Assembly: GCA_951406725.2 (NCBI GenBank)
Contig: OX597819.1
Span: forward strand, 52,762,001-52,826,000
Length of the DNA: 64,000 bases
Direction: 5' to 3'
Source: Octopus vulgaris
Lineage: Eukaryota
Under the pieces are notes generated by a model. The model had not been told where the DNA came from. It worked only from the letters and a program-made list of their open reading frames with translations, and made no database searches. This document shows, piece by piece, positions 38,981-53,997 of this stretch. Position 1 is the stretch's first letter. Each line of letters begins with the position of its first letter. Position numbers and translations under genes: made by a program.

Positions 38981-39404
38981 ATCTTTTATCTTTTATTTGT
39001 TTTGGTCGTTGGATTGTGGCCATACTGGGGCACTGCCTTGAGCAGATTTAGTTAAACAAATTAACCTCAGTTGCTTATTTTTAGCTTTGGTACTTGTGCC
39101 AAACTGCTGCATTGCAGGGAATATAGCATAATTTCAATGAACTTGAGACAAAAATTCATAAAATGGAGGTATAATGGACAAACACTTTTTAACATGTATA
39201 TCGCTGGTGACTCTTGCAACACAGAATGAATATGATAATAATATCCATTGGATACCATGGGAGTCACAGGTGACACCCATATTATAAATCAATGAAATTG
39301 TTTATACAGTGAACTAGAACACACATGTAGGGTAAAAATGCAGAGTTTATAACAAAATTAAACCGATGAAGCAAAAGAAAATATGGTACAAAATTGGTTT
39401 GGTA

Positions 39405-39700
39405 GATCATTTAATATCCTTTTCCATGCCAGCATGGGTTGGACAATTTGACTGGATCAGGCCAGGTGAAGGAACACACTGAGCTCTACAGTCAGCTTTG
39501 GCTTATTTTCTACAGCTGGATGCCTTAACTAACGCCAACCACATTAGAATGTACAGTGTGCTTTTTTCCATGCCACTAGCACAAGTGAGGTTGCCAAATA
39601 GATCATAAGACCAAAAACAGTAGGAAAGAGAAAAGACTCCAGGACTGAGTGGGTGGGCAAGGAAAGGGGAGGTGGCTTTATACCAAGCTGAGAGGCTGAA
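39405..39700 (-). mobile_element. SINE family B long variant
   Basis: tttccatgccagcatgggttggac...tctacagctggatgcc...aacgccaacc. Confidence 0.75.
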
Positions 39701-40059
39701 TAATAATAATAATAATAATCTGACCTGAAGACAGTGGGGAAAAGGTACCTAAGTTTGATCTACTCTCCTGTACACCTTGTCACATGACTGTGCAACCAAT
39801 GAAATGTTGGCTTGCCCTGTAAATGTCAATGTGCTTGCCTTGTATTGTCTTTTTTTTGTTTTGTTTTTTCCTTAGTAGAAGTAATAACAATTATAACAAT
39901 TACAATGTAGACATATTTGAAATGGCTGCCATAGAGAAAATAGCTGCCATCTGCATTACTTTCTTGAAATGTGTAACTATATGTACATATTATACACACA
40001 CAAGATTTTATCTTTGTATGTATTCATTTTCTTTGGAGTTGAGAACAAATTGAGAATAT

Positions 40060-40256
<197 letters not shown>

Positions 40257-41184
40257 TTGTACAAAAAATATAAATATCTTATAAAAAGAATGTGTGTGCA
40301 GATATATCTCAGCCATATATTTTTATACATGTGGGTAAGAGTGGGGGGATGAATATGTAAAGAAACTAAAAGTATTTCTGTACTAAAAATTAATGGGCTG
40401 GAAGAAAAAAAAAAAAGAAGGTAAAAAACATGAAAATGAAAGAGAAAAAAAAAAAGAAAAGAAAACCTAAGCATGTATCAAGTGATGAAAATAATAATGA
40501 TGACGATGATGGAGATGATGACGATGACAGTTAGGATGATGATGATGATGATGATGCTGCTGCATTGGTTGTATATGTGTATAATGTATTGAGATACGCA
40601 CTTGAGATGTCTAGATCTGAGTACAGTCCAACAAAGAGCACTTTAAAAATATCAGTTTTACATAATATATTCTCAAGTATATGAATTAATAAGCCAGAAA
40701 TTTATTTGATATTTAGATACATACAATGGAGAAATGAAAAGGAGAAAAAGAAGGGGGGGCGGAGAACAAACAAAAGAAAGAAAACAAGTATTAAAAAAAA
40801 AAACCAAACAAACAAAAAAGACTGAACAGAAAAGCAAAGAGAAGGTAATGAAATGAAATGAAATGAAAAGAAATGAAAAGAAATGCAGATAAAAATTATT
40901 GTTCCAATCATTTAGATTCAGATGATGTTAAAATTCAAAGATGGTTCTTCATAAGAAAAAAAAAAAAAAAAAAAAAAAAACAAAGAAATTAAGATGAATA
41001 AAAATGAATAAATGCAAGCTTTAGAGTAGGCATGGATTTTTATACATCGACACAATAAGTATACTCTGTGTGATGACACAGGAGAGAAAAATATATAAGT
41101 GAAATTACATGAAACTAGTGTATGTATGTACATGTGTATAAACTTGTATATGAATGTATGTGTGTATGCACACCCACAAGTGTA

Positions 41185-41233
<49 letters not shown>

Positions 41234-42019
41234 TCATACAGGCACACATGCATACATACATCTACACGTGTATATATACACAAGCACACATATACCACTT
41301 TCTCTCTCTTTCTCTTTACATATGCACAAACACAAATATATGAAGCAAGCCTTTTTGCGATACCACAATTCTTACAGCTCTCCAGCAAAGAAAATAAAAT
41401 AATATTTGAACTAGTTAAAGCAATATTTGAAAATCCCCGATACAACTCTCGTGTTCTTCTTGTTATAATGGCATTAACTGTAGCAAAATAAGTAAATACT
41501 GAAATCCTTCGTTCCACAGCATTAACCAAAATCTTCCATCCCCTCCCACTTTTCCTTGGCATCGTGTTTCTTTCACATCCAGCACCAGTCTTTCTAATAT
41601 TCTGCATTTGTTACATTCACATTATTTATTATAGACACATTCAAAATTGTGTGATGTTAGAGCCGTTTCTTGTGAGGAAGGCTGAGTGTATTTATTACCT
41701 TGCTTGTAAACATGATGGGTTGGTGTCAGGAAGAGCATTCAGCGGTAGAAAACCTGCCCTAAAAACGTGTTTTCTGACCCATGTAAGCACAGACAAAAAT
41801 AGACATTAAAACAATTATCATGATACTTCTGGCAGCAGCATTGGTAGTGAAAGTATCCCATTAGGGGTATAAGCAAGAGTACTTATATGCACCAGAGAAC
41901 CACATGAGAGATTATCTTGTGGCAACTATTGCAGTATTGTATGTTCTAACACAACATCCACTTTTAAGTGGTGATAAATTTTACCTCTTTATATTAACAC
42001 TGCTTCTGTCACTTTAATT

Positions 42020-42220
42020 AAGGTGCCGGTGACACATAAAAGGCACCCACTACACTTGTGGAGTGGTTGGCATTAGGAAGAGCATCCAACAATAGAAACC
42101 AAACCAAAATCAGACTGGAGCCTGGTTCAGCTCTTCAGTTTACCAGTTCTGGTCAAACTGTCTAACCCATACCAGCATGGAAAACAGACGCTAAATGATT
42201 ATCATTATCATTATTATCAT
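42020..42220 (+). mobile_element. SINE family B 3' part
   Basis: aaaaggcacccactacac...ggcattaggaagagcatcc...ctaacccataccagcatggaaaacagacgctaaatgat. Confidence 0.85.
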
Positions 42221-42239
42221 TAAGAGCTGGTTGAATCGT

Positions 42240-42565
42240 TAGTCTGGTATTTATTCTGTTGGTCTTTCTACCAAGCCACTGAGTTACGAAGATGTAAACA
42301 AACCCACACTGGATGGCAAGTGATGAAGGACAAGCGCAAATATGAAAACACATAGACAAAGAAATATGATATATATATGTATATATACATATATATACAC
42401 ACACACACACACGATGGAGTTCTACACAGTTTACCAAAGCCTCCCAAAGGCATTGGCTGGCCTGGAGCTATAATAGAAGACATCTGGCCCAAGTGAAATT
42501 GAACTGAAGTGGAACTGAACCTGAAACCATGTGGTTGCAAAGCAAACTTTTTAACCACAGAGCCA
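42240..42565 (-). mobile_element. SINE family A, diverged
   Basis: Reverse-complement body and head ...ggaactgaacctgaaaccatgtggttgc. Confidence 0.7.
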
Positions 42566-43991
42566 CACACACACACACATATGCAGTAGATATGTAGATT
42601 GATATAGCAGATAAACAGGTATAGGTGAATCAGTACAGGTAGATAGATACAAACAAACTGGAAAAGAATGATAAATAGATAGATCAATAGACCAGATACA
42701 GATCAATAGGCCTCATAAATATAGAGATAACACATATAGGAACAATAACCAATATATAGACAAACAAACTTATCATTGGAGAAATAGACATAAATATGAA
42801 TATGCAGGGGAAGGGATGGTTGGGTGACTGGTTGGTTGGGTTGTTGGCTGGATGAGTAGATATATGGATAGCTGGGTGGATGGATGGATGGATGGTTGAT
42901 GGAAAGACATTATGGACTGACAGAGGCAGATACAAAGAGACTGAGACAGAGAGATGGAGAAATACAAATTAGGCAATGAACACAAAATGAAGATAACACA
43001 GGAGGGGGGAAGTTTTAACAAATGTTGTATTATTCAAAACTAGAAGATGGATAAATAGAAAGATAGTCACTAATTGGTAAGATACTAGAAAAGAATAAGT
43101 TCACATTTTTCTGATGCTCGTGACCAACATGGAAATACAGAAAAAAATTCAATGATTTCATAATCTTACTGGTACTTTATAAAATTCTCTAAAAAGGTGA
43201 AAGGATAAGCTATCTGTCTCTAGTAGCATTTGATCTGTGGAACTTATAAGGTGTAAGTTTATCTATTTACAGTCTACACCAACAGCTAATTAAATAATTA
43301 ACTACATTAGATAACTACAATTCTACCAAAGAACATATATGTACAAGCACTTGCATATATGCATGGATAGTCTTGGATTTTTTTGTTGGTTTGTTTTTGG
43401 TGTCCCCCCCTCCCCGCAACTCTTTGATTTATTACTGAACAAAGATAAAAGTAGTGAGCAGAGCTTTATCAGGTCATTGCCCTAGACTGAGAAACAGAGA
43501 TAAACAAGTGAGCCTAGTGCAACTACAGTTCAGTTTGAACAACTGAGATTTGCCTTAGAAGATTCTTGCCTATCACTTTGCAGTATCTTAAGTTTTTTTT
43601 TTTTTTTTTTTTTGTTTTTTCTTTTTTTTTAAACCTTTTTTTTTCCCTTCTAATTTACTAAGCCAGACTGAAATGATGGAAAGCCAAAAGAAAATTAACA
43701 TATATTAGCGCCTGGAATATGGCCCAAGTGAAATTCAAAGATAGTCTTTTGATAACATGACAGTGTTACAGCTTGACCTGTAGAGGATTAGAGGTTGGCA
43801 AGACTTGTAATGGGAAGAGTTCAGAGGAGGAGGTGCTTCAGGTGGAAATGGTTCCAGAGAAAAAGAAGAATTAGGCAAAGTATTTAAATATGGTAGGGAG
43901 TGGGGTCTGGAGTATGAAACACACGTTATGTAGGATAATGGGAAAGAGGTGAAGGAGTTGAAAGAAAAGTACTATAAAGTTGGCAAGTTCA

Positions 43992-44057
43992 AAGGAACAG
44001 AAACTACCATAACAACAGTGGAAGGAACAGAAACTACCATAACAACAGTGGAAGGAA
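43992..44057 (+). repeat. Perfect 30-bp tandem duplication
   Basis: aaggaacagaaactaccataacaacagtgg occurs twice, followed by aaggaa. Confidence 0.95.
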
Positions 44058-44274
44058 ACTGAGATGAGGAACATGGACCCCTATGGGTTTTGCTTATTGT
44101 TCCCCGCCCCCTTTTTGCTTTATGTTTTTTCTTGGATGTGATCAATAACATGAGCATATGTATGAAGTACAGCAACAGAAAGACACAACCAATAATGTAA
44201 TGTAGGCTACAGGAGTTTTATACACACACACATATATATCTAAGTAACCACTATAGACTTAAGCATATTTACTT

Positions 44275-44665
44275 CTTCTTTACTTGCTGCAGTCATTTGA
44301 CTGCGGCCATACTGGAGCACCGCCTTTAGTTGAGCAAATCGACCCCAGGACTTATTCTTTGTAAGCCTAGTGCTTATTATATCAGTCTCTTTTGCCGAAC
44401 CGCTAAGTTACAGGGACATAAACACACCACCATCAATTGTCAAGCGATGTTAGGGGATCAAACAAAAACACACAAACACATATACACACATACATATATG
44501 TAAATATATATACACATATACAACGGGATTCCTTCAGTTTCTGTCTACCAAATCCACTCACAAGGCTTTGGTCAGCCCGAGGCTATAGTAGAAGACACTT
44601 GCCCAAGGTGCCACGCAGTGGGACTGAACCCAGAACCATGTGGTTTTAAGCCACTCATGCACCTG
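44275..44665 (-). mobile_element. SINE family A
   Basis: Near-identical to 38570-38980. Confidence 0.9.
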
Positions 44666-45264
44666 TGTATAACAAGCGTCTGTAACCCATTCTTTTTATA
44701 TATGTGTTTATCACCATTATAGTACATTATTGTTAGATGATACCCACAAGGTAAAAAATGTTCATTTCACAAATATGTGATCTCAGGACTCAGTGTTGTT
44801 GAGTGACCACTTTGGGAAAATGTTCCCTACTACAGCCTCAGGTTGAGTAATGACTTATGAGTGAAATTTGATAGACAAATCTTTTATATGTATGTGTTTC
44901 AAAGGATGTGTGAGTGTATGTGTGTTGATTGTCCTTGCATACAGGCAGTCCCCTGCTGTGCCTTCCTTATTTGGGGGTTCATCAGTGCTGGTGCCATGAA
45001 TGTGTGTGCATACACACACATATGTATACATACACACACCGCATTCATAAATACACACAGTCTGACAAAGGCAAGCAAGCCAAAACTTCGAAGTCACTAT
45101 CATCCCTTTTCCTGGAAAAATAAAAATGTGTACCCTTCAAAAAGTATTGAGTAATTCTTTGACTTCATGTTTTTATTATAAAAACCCATGTTGGAAAACA
45201 AAACATTTATATAGATACAGAGAGAGGAAGATGAAGTTTTATTTATCCTGTTAGTTTTATCAAA

Positions 45265-45316
<52 letters not shown>

Positions 45317-45973
45317 AACATACACATATATATGCACATACATGTGTGTGTGTGTGTACATACACACACACATAAACATGCACCTTACGTAACTACTGGC
45401 AGCTTGACACTAAGAGATAACAAAATGTCTATAGAGGAGTCGGGTGGGAGAGCATGCTGGCAGAGGAGATAGTGGTGTTGGTGCTGAATGAAAATATAAA
45501 AACAAGTTGTATCATTGTATCAAATGAGCGAGAGAGAGAGAGAGAGTGAATGAGTGAGGGGCAAAAGTCGGTAAATGGTGCAAAGAATTGGCAGTGCTAG
45601 TGGCAGAGATGGTAGGTAAATGTGTATACAAGGTTGGGGGTGGGAGCGGAAGAAGAATGCTCAGACTGTTAAATCTAAGAACACACAGATAGAAGCATAC
45701 ATATATATACTACACTACATACCTTTCGCATAGTGCTATCATTATTAAGACATTGGTAAAGCATCTAGGATTTGTTCAGAGATTTAACAAGAGAAACACT
45801 GCTGTGGTGTTATCAATCAATGCTATATAGACTTTCAATCAGCCAGTCAGTAAGTAGAAGATAAGGGGAAAATCTTTTGTTGTCAGAGGTTAGGCTGAGT
45901 TTATTTGATAGCAAACAGTGGATAAAGAGGCACACAATCTCTCTCTCTCCCTCTCTATCCGCCCCCACACACA

Positions 45974-46540
45974 GAGGAACGCTGAAAAGTTCCTGGCTTT
46001 ATGGGTCTTACGAAAGGCCTGGTTAGAGGTCCAACCTTCCGAGTTCTTTTACAGGGCTTAGAAGAACTGAAGGATCGCTGCAATAATTGTGCAATAATTG
46101 TGTGAATCTGAGAGAAGATATTCTTTTATTCCTTTTCTTGTTTCAGTCATTTGGCTGCGGTCATGCTGGTGCACTACCTTAAAGGGTTTTTAGTCAAAGA
46201 AATCGACCCCCAAGACTTATTCTTTGTAAGCCTAGTGCTTATTTTATTGGTCTCTTTTGCCAAACCATTAAGCTACAAAGTTGCAAAAACACACCAACAT
46301 CAGGTGTGTGTGTGTGTGTGTGTGTGTGTACTGGGCTTCTTTCAGTTTCCATCTACCAAATCCACTCACAAGGCTTTAGTCAGCCCAAGTGTCCAAGGTG
46401 CCATGCAATGGGACTAAACTCACAACCATGTGGTTGTGAAGCAAACCTTCTACTATACAGCCACAATAAAATCATAATCAACTGATCCTCCTGTATTTTC
46501 TTTTACCCAAGGCCAGGAACTTTTCAGCACCCACTCACGT
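45974..46540 (+). mobile_element. Tc1/mariner-derived MITE interrupted by a family A SINE (46120-46464, -)
   Basis: TIRs gctgaaaagttcctggcttt / aaggccaggaacttttcagc; LQGLEELKDRCN..CVNLRED resembles the mariner transposase C-terminus. Confidence 0.8.
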
Positions 46541-46551
46541 GCGTGTGTATG

Positions 46552-46616
<65 letters not shown>

Positions 46617-47059
46617 CTTCTTCCTTTTATATGCTAAGGTGGGTTAGACAGATATATTACTGAGGCACTGTATTATAACTGGATGCTTTTTCTGTCACTA
46701 ACCCTTGCCTCTTTGTCAAGTAATCCGACCCCCAAATAAGGGATCTTTCACATAGCTTTGAAGGCATGGAGTGAGAAGTAAAAAGTGGCAACCACTCCTA
46801 GTATTCATAGAGGGTAACTATAAACATGCACACACACATGCATATGTATGTACATGTCATGCCTCTTTACTTCATTACTACATCATTATTACCAACATCA
46901 CCAACACAATATCTGGTGACAGTTCAACTTGTTTCTCAAATCTCACCTCTCATGTTCAGAGATATCTAGTCATACTTGCTTCCCCCTTGATCTGTTCCCT
47001 GTCTCAGAGATGAAATGGGGGATAGAGGTAGAGGTGTGGAATACTTAGGTACTGATCTC

Positions 47060-47330
47060 AGCTTAAATATCTAGTGTATTCAGCAGTATACAGCAATATG
47101 TTTAGTAAATATACACCACAGCAGATCAAAGTATATGGTAACTGAACACCACAACAAAGTTAATGTTTAGTAACTGAATAACACAGTCGACGTTTATTAA
47201 CCGAGTATAACAACCTAGTGAGACAGTGTTTAGGGATTGGATACAGTAATAGAGTTAATATTTGGAATCAAAACATCGTAGTAAAAGTAATGTTTAGTAA
47301 CTGAATACCAAGAAAGAGCTAATGTTCACA
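47060..47330. repeat. Degenerate ~30-bp minisatellite
   Basis: Recurrent variants of (g)taatgtttagtaactgaatacca. Confidence 0.55.
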
Positions 47331-47659
47331 AATGCCTTCACTCAGAAGACTGTTTTTTTTTTCGTTTTTTTTTATTCATATCGTGTAGCAATCAACATGA
47401 ATTACACACTTTATTCTGGAAAGTAACCATCATTATGAATGGAGTATTAACAATTTGTAATCATCCCAGATCAAGTGGGATACTTCTTAGTGCCTCAAGC
47501 TTTCACAGCAATGGGTCAAGAGCCAAAATACACTGAAGCCAAAGAGACAACAAGCATGGGATTGAAAATGGCTCCAAACATGTGGCGATTTACTACAACC
47601 AAAATAGACAACAACAACAACAACAACAACTATAATAAGGGCAACCTTATATTAAACAT

Positions 47660-47770
47660 CATTACCCTCAATCCTATATTACACAAATGTGCAATCAATC
47701 TTGTATTATCAAGAATCCTTAGAAAGATTCTAGAAACTTGTCACCAAACATCAAGACAACATCCCTGTTA
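47660..47770 (+). mobile_element. Possible R4/Dong-clade LINE 3' remnant
   Basis: LHKCAINLVLSRILRKILE resembles QKxxLLxTARILRKVL; it lies next to an (AAC)n tract. Confidence 0.3.
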
Positions 47771-49279
47771 ACTAATATAGCATGTGGTGGTGGTGGTGAT
47801 GATAATATTTATTTAATCTACTCTGAAAAGATGACAGGGAAAACCAACCTCAACAGTATTTGAACTCAGAATGCAAAGAACCAGAAGAAATGCTGCTATT
47901 GTACCAACTTGCTGCTTAATAATAAGAATACTAATAATAATAATAATAACAACAACAACAAGAGCAACAACTACAATAGCAACAACGTAACAATCACTGA
48001 TAATGATGGTGGTAATAACTGTAGTAAATAACAGGGATAATGCAGAGTATTAAAATGATTATGATGATGGTGATGACAAAGATGATGATAAGGTAGTGTC
48101 ATTAGACCTGGCCAAGGCTAAATCTGACCAAAATTTATATAAAGCATCTCAAGCATGATGGCTTGGATGAAGGCAATGGAAAGAGTGGTGGTAGGAGATA
48201 GATGGTGATATTAAGATTGGTAGTGGTGGCAGCAGCAGTGATGTGAAACACTCACATTACTTAATCTTAAGAAAATTGCTATGAATCAAATATTAGACAT
48301 ATTTTTCTAAGTAAACATGTTGGCGATATAAGTGCTCTATGTAAACAGTACGCACTACCTGTCGTGTAAGAGAGAACCTGTAATGGTGCTTTCCTAAGCC
48401 AAATTGATAAACGAGAACCTATTCACCATCTGTCATAACAAATTAATGCCAACGAAGATTAAGGAAAACATGCCAACAACCGACCGACAACGATGGACCA
48501 ACGAAATAAGTGTATCTTGGTTTGTGGGCAAGATTTCAAAAGAGAAATCATAAGTAATATAAAATTACTTTCCAATTTTTAAGAATAATTCCCCAGGGAA
48601 ACACATTTTAGCAGAATTTCACATGACAAGATGAAAATAAATAAAGAGATATAGAGAGGGAGAGAGGGGGGGGAAGGAGTAAAAGACAGAATGGAGGAAG
48701 AGAGGAAGGGTGAATGAGAGAGGGAGAGAGAGAGAGGAGGAAGAGATAGAAATGACATTTGAAGAGTAAATCATTGCCAAACAGTAATTCTTCAGTTTTA
48801 AAAGCTTTCAAAACAAAATCAAAGCCACGGCAGGTTAATTGCTTCAGAATTTACTGACTACAGGCTGAGTTATCCGGCTAATTTACATTACATTCCCTTA
48901 TAACAGACAAATATATATAAGTTCAGCTTTCAGACTATTCATTTTGATCTGGTGAAACTGATGGTGGTATATATGTATGTGTATAAAAGAGAGAGAGAGA
49001 GAGAGAGAGTATGTATATGTTTGGATGTGTGCTTGTGCATGTGTATGCAATGTGGGTGCATGTAAAGATTTATTACATAACCACATAGGTGGGGAGGTGT
49101 GACACTAAATATACCTTTATTAATGGCATGTATTAAGTAAGTGAATTATGTGGTTCCAAGTAAAAATTTAAACTCTAGGATAGGATGGGATAGAGTTAGT
49201 TTCTTGGCTTGCAACAAAAATTACCAGTTAATCATTGCAAGCTGTGTTTATTAGACATGAGTGTATAATTAATAAAAAT

Positions 49280-49670
49280 CATTATCATCATCATTTAATG
49301 TCTGTTGTCCATGCTGGCATGGGTTGGACAGTTTTACCAGGGCTGGCAAGCTGGAAGGCTGCACCAGATTTGGCATGGTTTCTATGGCTGGATGCTCTTC
49401 CTAACACCAACCACTCTGAGAGTGTTATGGGTGCTTTTACATGCAATTTTGCTCAGCTTGATGGGTCATCTACTCAAGCACAACATAATGCCAAAGATCT
49501 TGGTCATTGCCCCCGTGAGGCCAAATACTCAAAAGGACCTTTTTTGTGCCAACGGCATGGGTGCCACTTACGTGACACCAGCATCAGCCACAATTATGAT
49601 TTCACTTGGCTTGACAGGTCTTCCCAGGCACAGCATATTGCCAAACGTCACAGTCACTAGTCATTGCCTC
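49280..49670 (-). mobile_element. SINE family B
   Basis: catcatcatttaatgtctgttgtccatgctggcatgggttggac...; the internal modules are homologous to 15000-15560. Confidence 0.85.
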
Positions 49671-49991
49671 TATTAATAATATAAACACATGCCATATATT
49701 ATAAATACATGCACACACACAATCATAGTTATGTAAGCACAATAGCTGTCAGACCACTTTTTATCTTAAGTTCAAATCATATTGCGTCCTTTCTATGGTG
49801 CCCCCTATAGGGGGGAACGTAATTCTTACTTGCCTGACAAATGAAAATAAGGTTAGACTCTGATTTGAAGAGCTGGGAGCTTAACAGGAGAAAGGACATC
49901 CAGCTGTTGAAAGACAAAAAAAAAAGGCTCTTACAAAAATACCATCCCAGCCATGGAAACCAGATATAAAATATTAAATGAATATATACAT

Positions 49992-50024
<33 letters not shown>

Positions 50025-50559
50025 CAAACATGCACACACAGATATGTGGTCATGAGAAGTATACTTCAGTACTACATGGTTCTGGATTTGATCCCATTCT
50101 CCAGCACTTTAGGCAATTGTCTTTACTCAGGTTGACCAATATCTTGAAAATGAAACTTGACAGAGACTATATAGAAGCCCACTGTATGTATGTGTGTGTT
50201 TCTGTTTGTTATTACAGCACCAACATCAATTAAAACGGGTGTTGTCAGTAAGGTAACTTAGCCACCTCATAGACTGATACAATAAATAGTAGATTTCTCT
50301 GAGATATTGAGTGCCTTAGATATTATCCAATGTGTCCTTCCTTTTTTAAGATGACTAGCTGTTATTTGAGGGATTTTCTGCTGCTTTTACCCGCAGGTCA
50401 ATGACTACGTAAAGGTGCCTTTGTTGATTTGGGGAATTAAGATGAACTGGGGGGGAGCTGATGAGAGAGGAGTAAAGAGAGAGATTGAAGGAGAGAAAGG
50501 ATAGAAAATGTATATATATATATATGTGTGTGTATGTGGGTGAGCAGGCAATTTTATAT

Positions 50560-50910
50560 ATTCATTTACTTATTTCAGTTATTTGACTGAGGCCATGCTG
50601 AAGCACCGCCTTTAGCCAAGCAAATCGCCCCCAGGACTTATTCTTTGTAAGCCTAGTACTTATTCTATCGGTCTCTTTTGCCGAACCGCTTAAGTTACGG
50701 GGACGTAAACGCACCAGCATCAGTTGTCAAGCGATGCTGGGGAGACAAACACAGACACACAACCACACACACACACACACATATATGTGTGTGTGTGTGG
50801 CTTCTTTCATTTTCCACCAACCAAATCCATTCACGCAGTGGGACTGAATCCGGAACCATGTGGTTGGTTGGTTGATAAGCAAGCTACTTACCATGCAGCC
50901 ACTCCTCCAC
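50560..50910 (-). mobile_element. SINE family A with internal deletion
   Basis: Tail and head present; the ccaaagcc...gggcaag segment is missing. Confidence 0.85.
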
Positions 50911-50919
50911 CTATGATAG

Positions 50920-50955
<36 letters not shown>

Positions 50956-51749
50956 ACATACATACATACATACATAGAGAGAGAGATAAGATGCAAAAAG
51001 ACAGACAGCAGATGGGGGTCACGGAGACAAAGTAATCTTGCAGATCCATCTAACCCACATTTGCCAGGGGGAAAATAAATGGAAATAAATACCTGCATAG
51101 TTAGTACTAATAATGATAATGATGACAATGATCATAACAACAACAACGACGATGATGATGATGATGATGATTGTCAGTAGCGGTAATTATTTATGTATTT
51201 TAGTACCTATTTACACGAAGCAACGGCAAATCTGATTCGATTGCAGCTCAAGAATCCTTGCTGGTTTCTTAATGGCATTGACAGGCAAGAATTCCAAGCA
51301 TTGCTGCTAGTCAGGAACAATGCACACTGGAAACCTCGTCAGAGTTCTAACAACACTACAAACAAAATCCTAATTAGACGGTGTTAGCTAAACATCAATT
51401 AATAAGCCATAAAACAGCAACTAAATAAATGAATAACTGAATGAGCAAATGAAAGAAGGGCGGAAGGAGAGAGAAGCAAGAGAGACAGACAGACAGACAG
51501 ACAGACAGGCAGTTAGAGAGAGAGAGAAAGGAGAAGGAGGGAGGAACTGAGGGAAGGAATACAAATATGAAAGTGGTGGTGGTGGTGGTGGTGGTGATGA
51601 TGGCATTGATAATGGAATGTTTCATAGGGAATTTAATATTTTGCCAATAGTTTTGTAGATGTTTTTTTTTTTCTTGGAACAAATTATATGCAAACAACTA
51701 CAGTTCATAATTGTCTGTTCTCAACACATGTACAAACATACCTCTGTCG

Positions 51750-52167
<418 letters not shown>

Positions 52168-52230
52168 CATGAATAAGAAACGTATACATCACAAATTCAC
52201 ACATGCAGAAACACAAACATGCATTGCACA

Positions 52231-52272
<42 letters not shown>

Positions 52273-52863
52273 CATACACACACAAACAGAAGTAGATCAC
52301 TGAGTGTAGAATACCAAGCTATAATTATGGAACAATATAACTTACTTACTGGATAGAGAACATAAGAACTTTCCATTATGTGGAAATAATAATAATAATA
52401 ATAATAATAATAAGTAATGGTAGTTTCCAGAAAGACAAAAGGAATTTTATTTCAGTTAACATCTGAGAGAGAGAGAGATGCACCATATCTCTCCAACAAA
52501 ATGAAAATTATAATACAACTAAACACTTAGCAATAGATTTATTATATATACACGCACACACACCTATACTGCTTATACACATGAATGCACATCTCTGTAT
52601 ACCTATCCAATGTTTACACTCACCCACTGAGAAATAAATGCTATGGCTACACACACAAATCCATCACACTAGGAATAGACAAGCATTTATATCTACATAT
52701 ACAGGTATTGTTGCCAGATAAAATATACAGAGATAGATGCATTGCTAACAGTTCTTTAAAAATCCATTTCAAATAACTGGCAGTGAAACATAGGATACCC
52801 AGATAATGATAGGCTGAAAGCAATCGTGACAATAATGAGAATGGCTATTCTTTTCTCAACAGC

Positions 52864-52918
<55 letters not shown>

Positions 52919-53204
52919 AGAGAGAGAGAGAGCCATAAAAACACACGCATATATATATAAAACTGCTAGTTGACTAGAGTCTGTTTCAGCTCTTAAACAG
53001 TAAGCAGAGTCCAATGTAAACACAACAACATGAATAACAACAATGACAATACTTTCTTTATTGGCTGTGTGTGCCCAAAGATACTGGGGGGAAAATACAA
53101 AAGGCGAGACAATACAGGGAGCAGTTGACATGAAACTGCATAAGGAAAAATAATAAGAGACAACAAAGTATGAACAAAGGCCTCCAAAGAGGGGTTGATA
53201 TACT

Positions 53205-53470
53205 CATCATCATCATCCCTTAACATCCGTTTTCTATGCCGGCATGGATTGGATGGTTCAACAGGGCTCTTGGAAGCCAGGAGGCTACACCAAGCTCCAG
53301 TCTGATCTGGCAGTGTTTCTACAGCTGGATACCCTTCCTAATACCAACCTCTCCAAGAGTGTAGTGGGTGCTTTATACATGCCACTGGCACAGGGGCAGA
53401 GGGGGCTAGCAACGACCACGATCGGTTGGTACTTTTTACGTGCCACTGACACAGAAGCCAGTCAAGGCAG
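53205..53470 (-). mobile_element. SINE family B
   Basis: Closely matches 13178-13365. Confidence 0.85.
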
Positions 53471-53563
53471 ATTACCTTGACTACCAAGGAAAAGTGTCTG
53501 TTCCCTGTCAACTGTCAATCTCTATCCTACAGGAACATGCTGAGAACAGACCTGCTCCTTCCA

Positions 53564-53613
<50 letters not shown>

Positions 53614-53619
53614 TACATG

Positions 53620-53911
53620 GGAGGAGCACTCCATTGGTTATGACAAGGAGAGTCCCAGCTACTACGATCAATGGAACAGCTTGCTCATGAAATTAACATG
53701 CAAGTGGCTGAACATGCCACAGATATGTGTACCTTTAACGTAGTTCTTAGGGAGATTCAGTGTAATACAGAGTGTGACATGGCTGGCCCTACTCATTTTT
53801 GCTTGCTGAGAGGACTGGAGCAACATGAAATAAGTGTCTTACACATTGCCAGGAATGGAACTCACAACCTCATGATGAGCCAAATGCTCTTACTACTAAG
53901 CCACTTGCCTT

Positions 53912-53912
<1 letters not shown>
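53620..53912 (-). mobile_element. SINE family E
   Basis: Aligns with 11620-11915. Confidence 0.8.
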
Positions 53913-53943
<31 letters not shown>

Positions 53944-53948
53944 CACAT

Positions 53949-53997
<49 letters not shown>

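Noticed and set aside
39722-39812. CTGAAGA...GAAAtgttgg possible hammerhead
   Set aside because: No proper stem II closing pair, no NUH triplet and no stem I; at best a very decayed relic.
40918-41607. 229-aa ORF as a single-exon gene
   Set aside because: Most of it translates microsatellite and poly-A sequence; only a short internal segment is kept as a weak exon candidate.
43700-43990. Possible CR1/Jockey 3' end on the minus strand (similar weak signal at 28000-28330, +)
   Set aside because: Motif resemblance is too degenerate to call without an HMM search.
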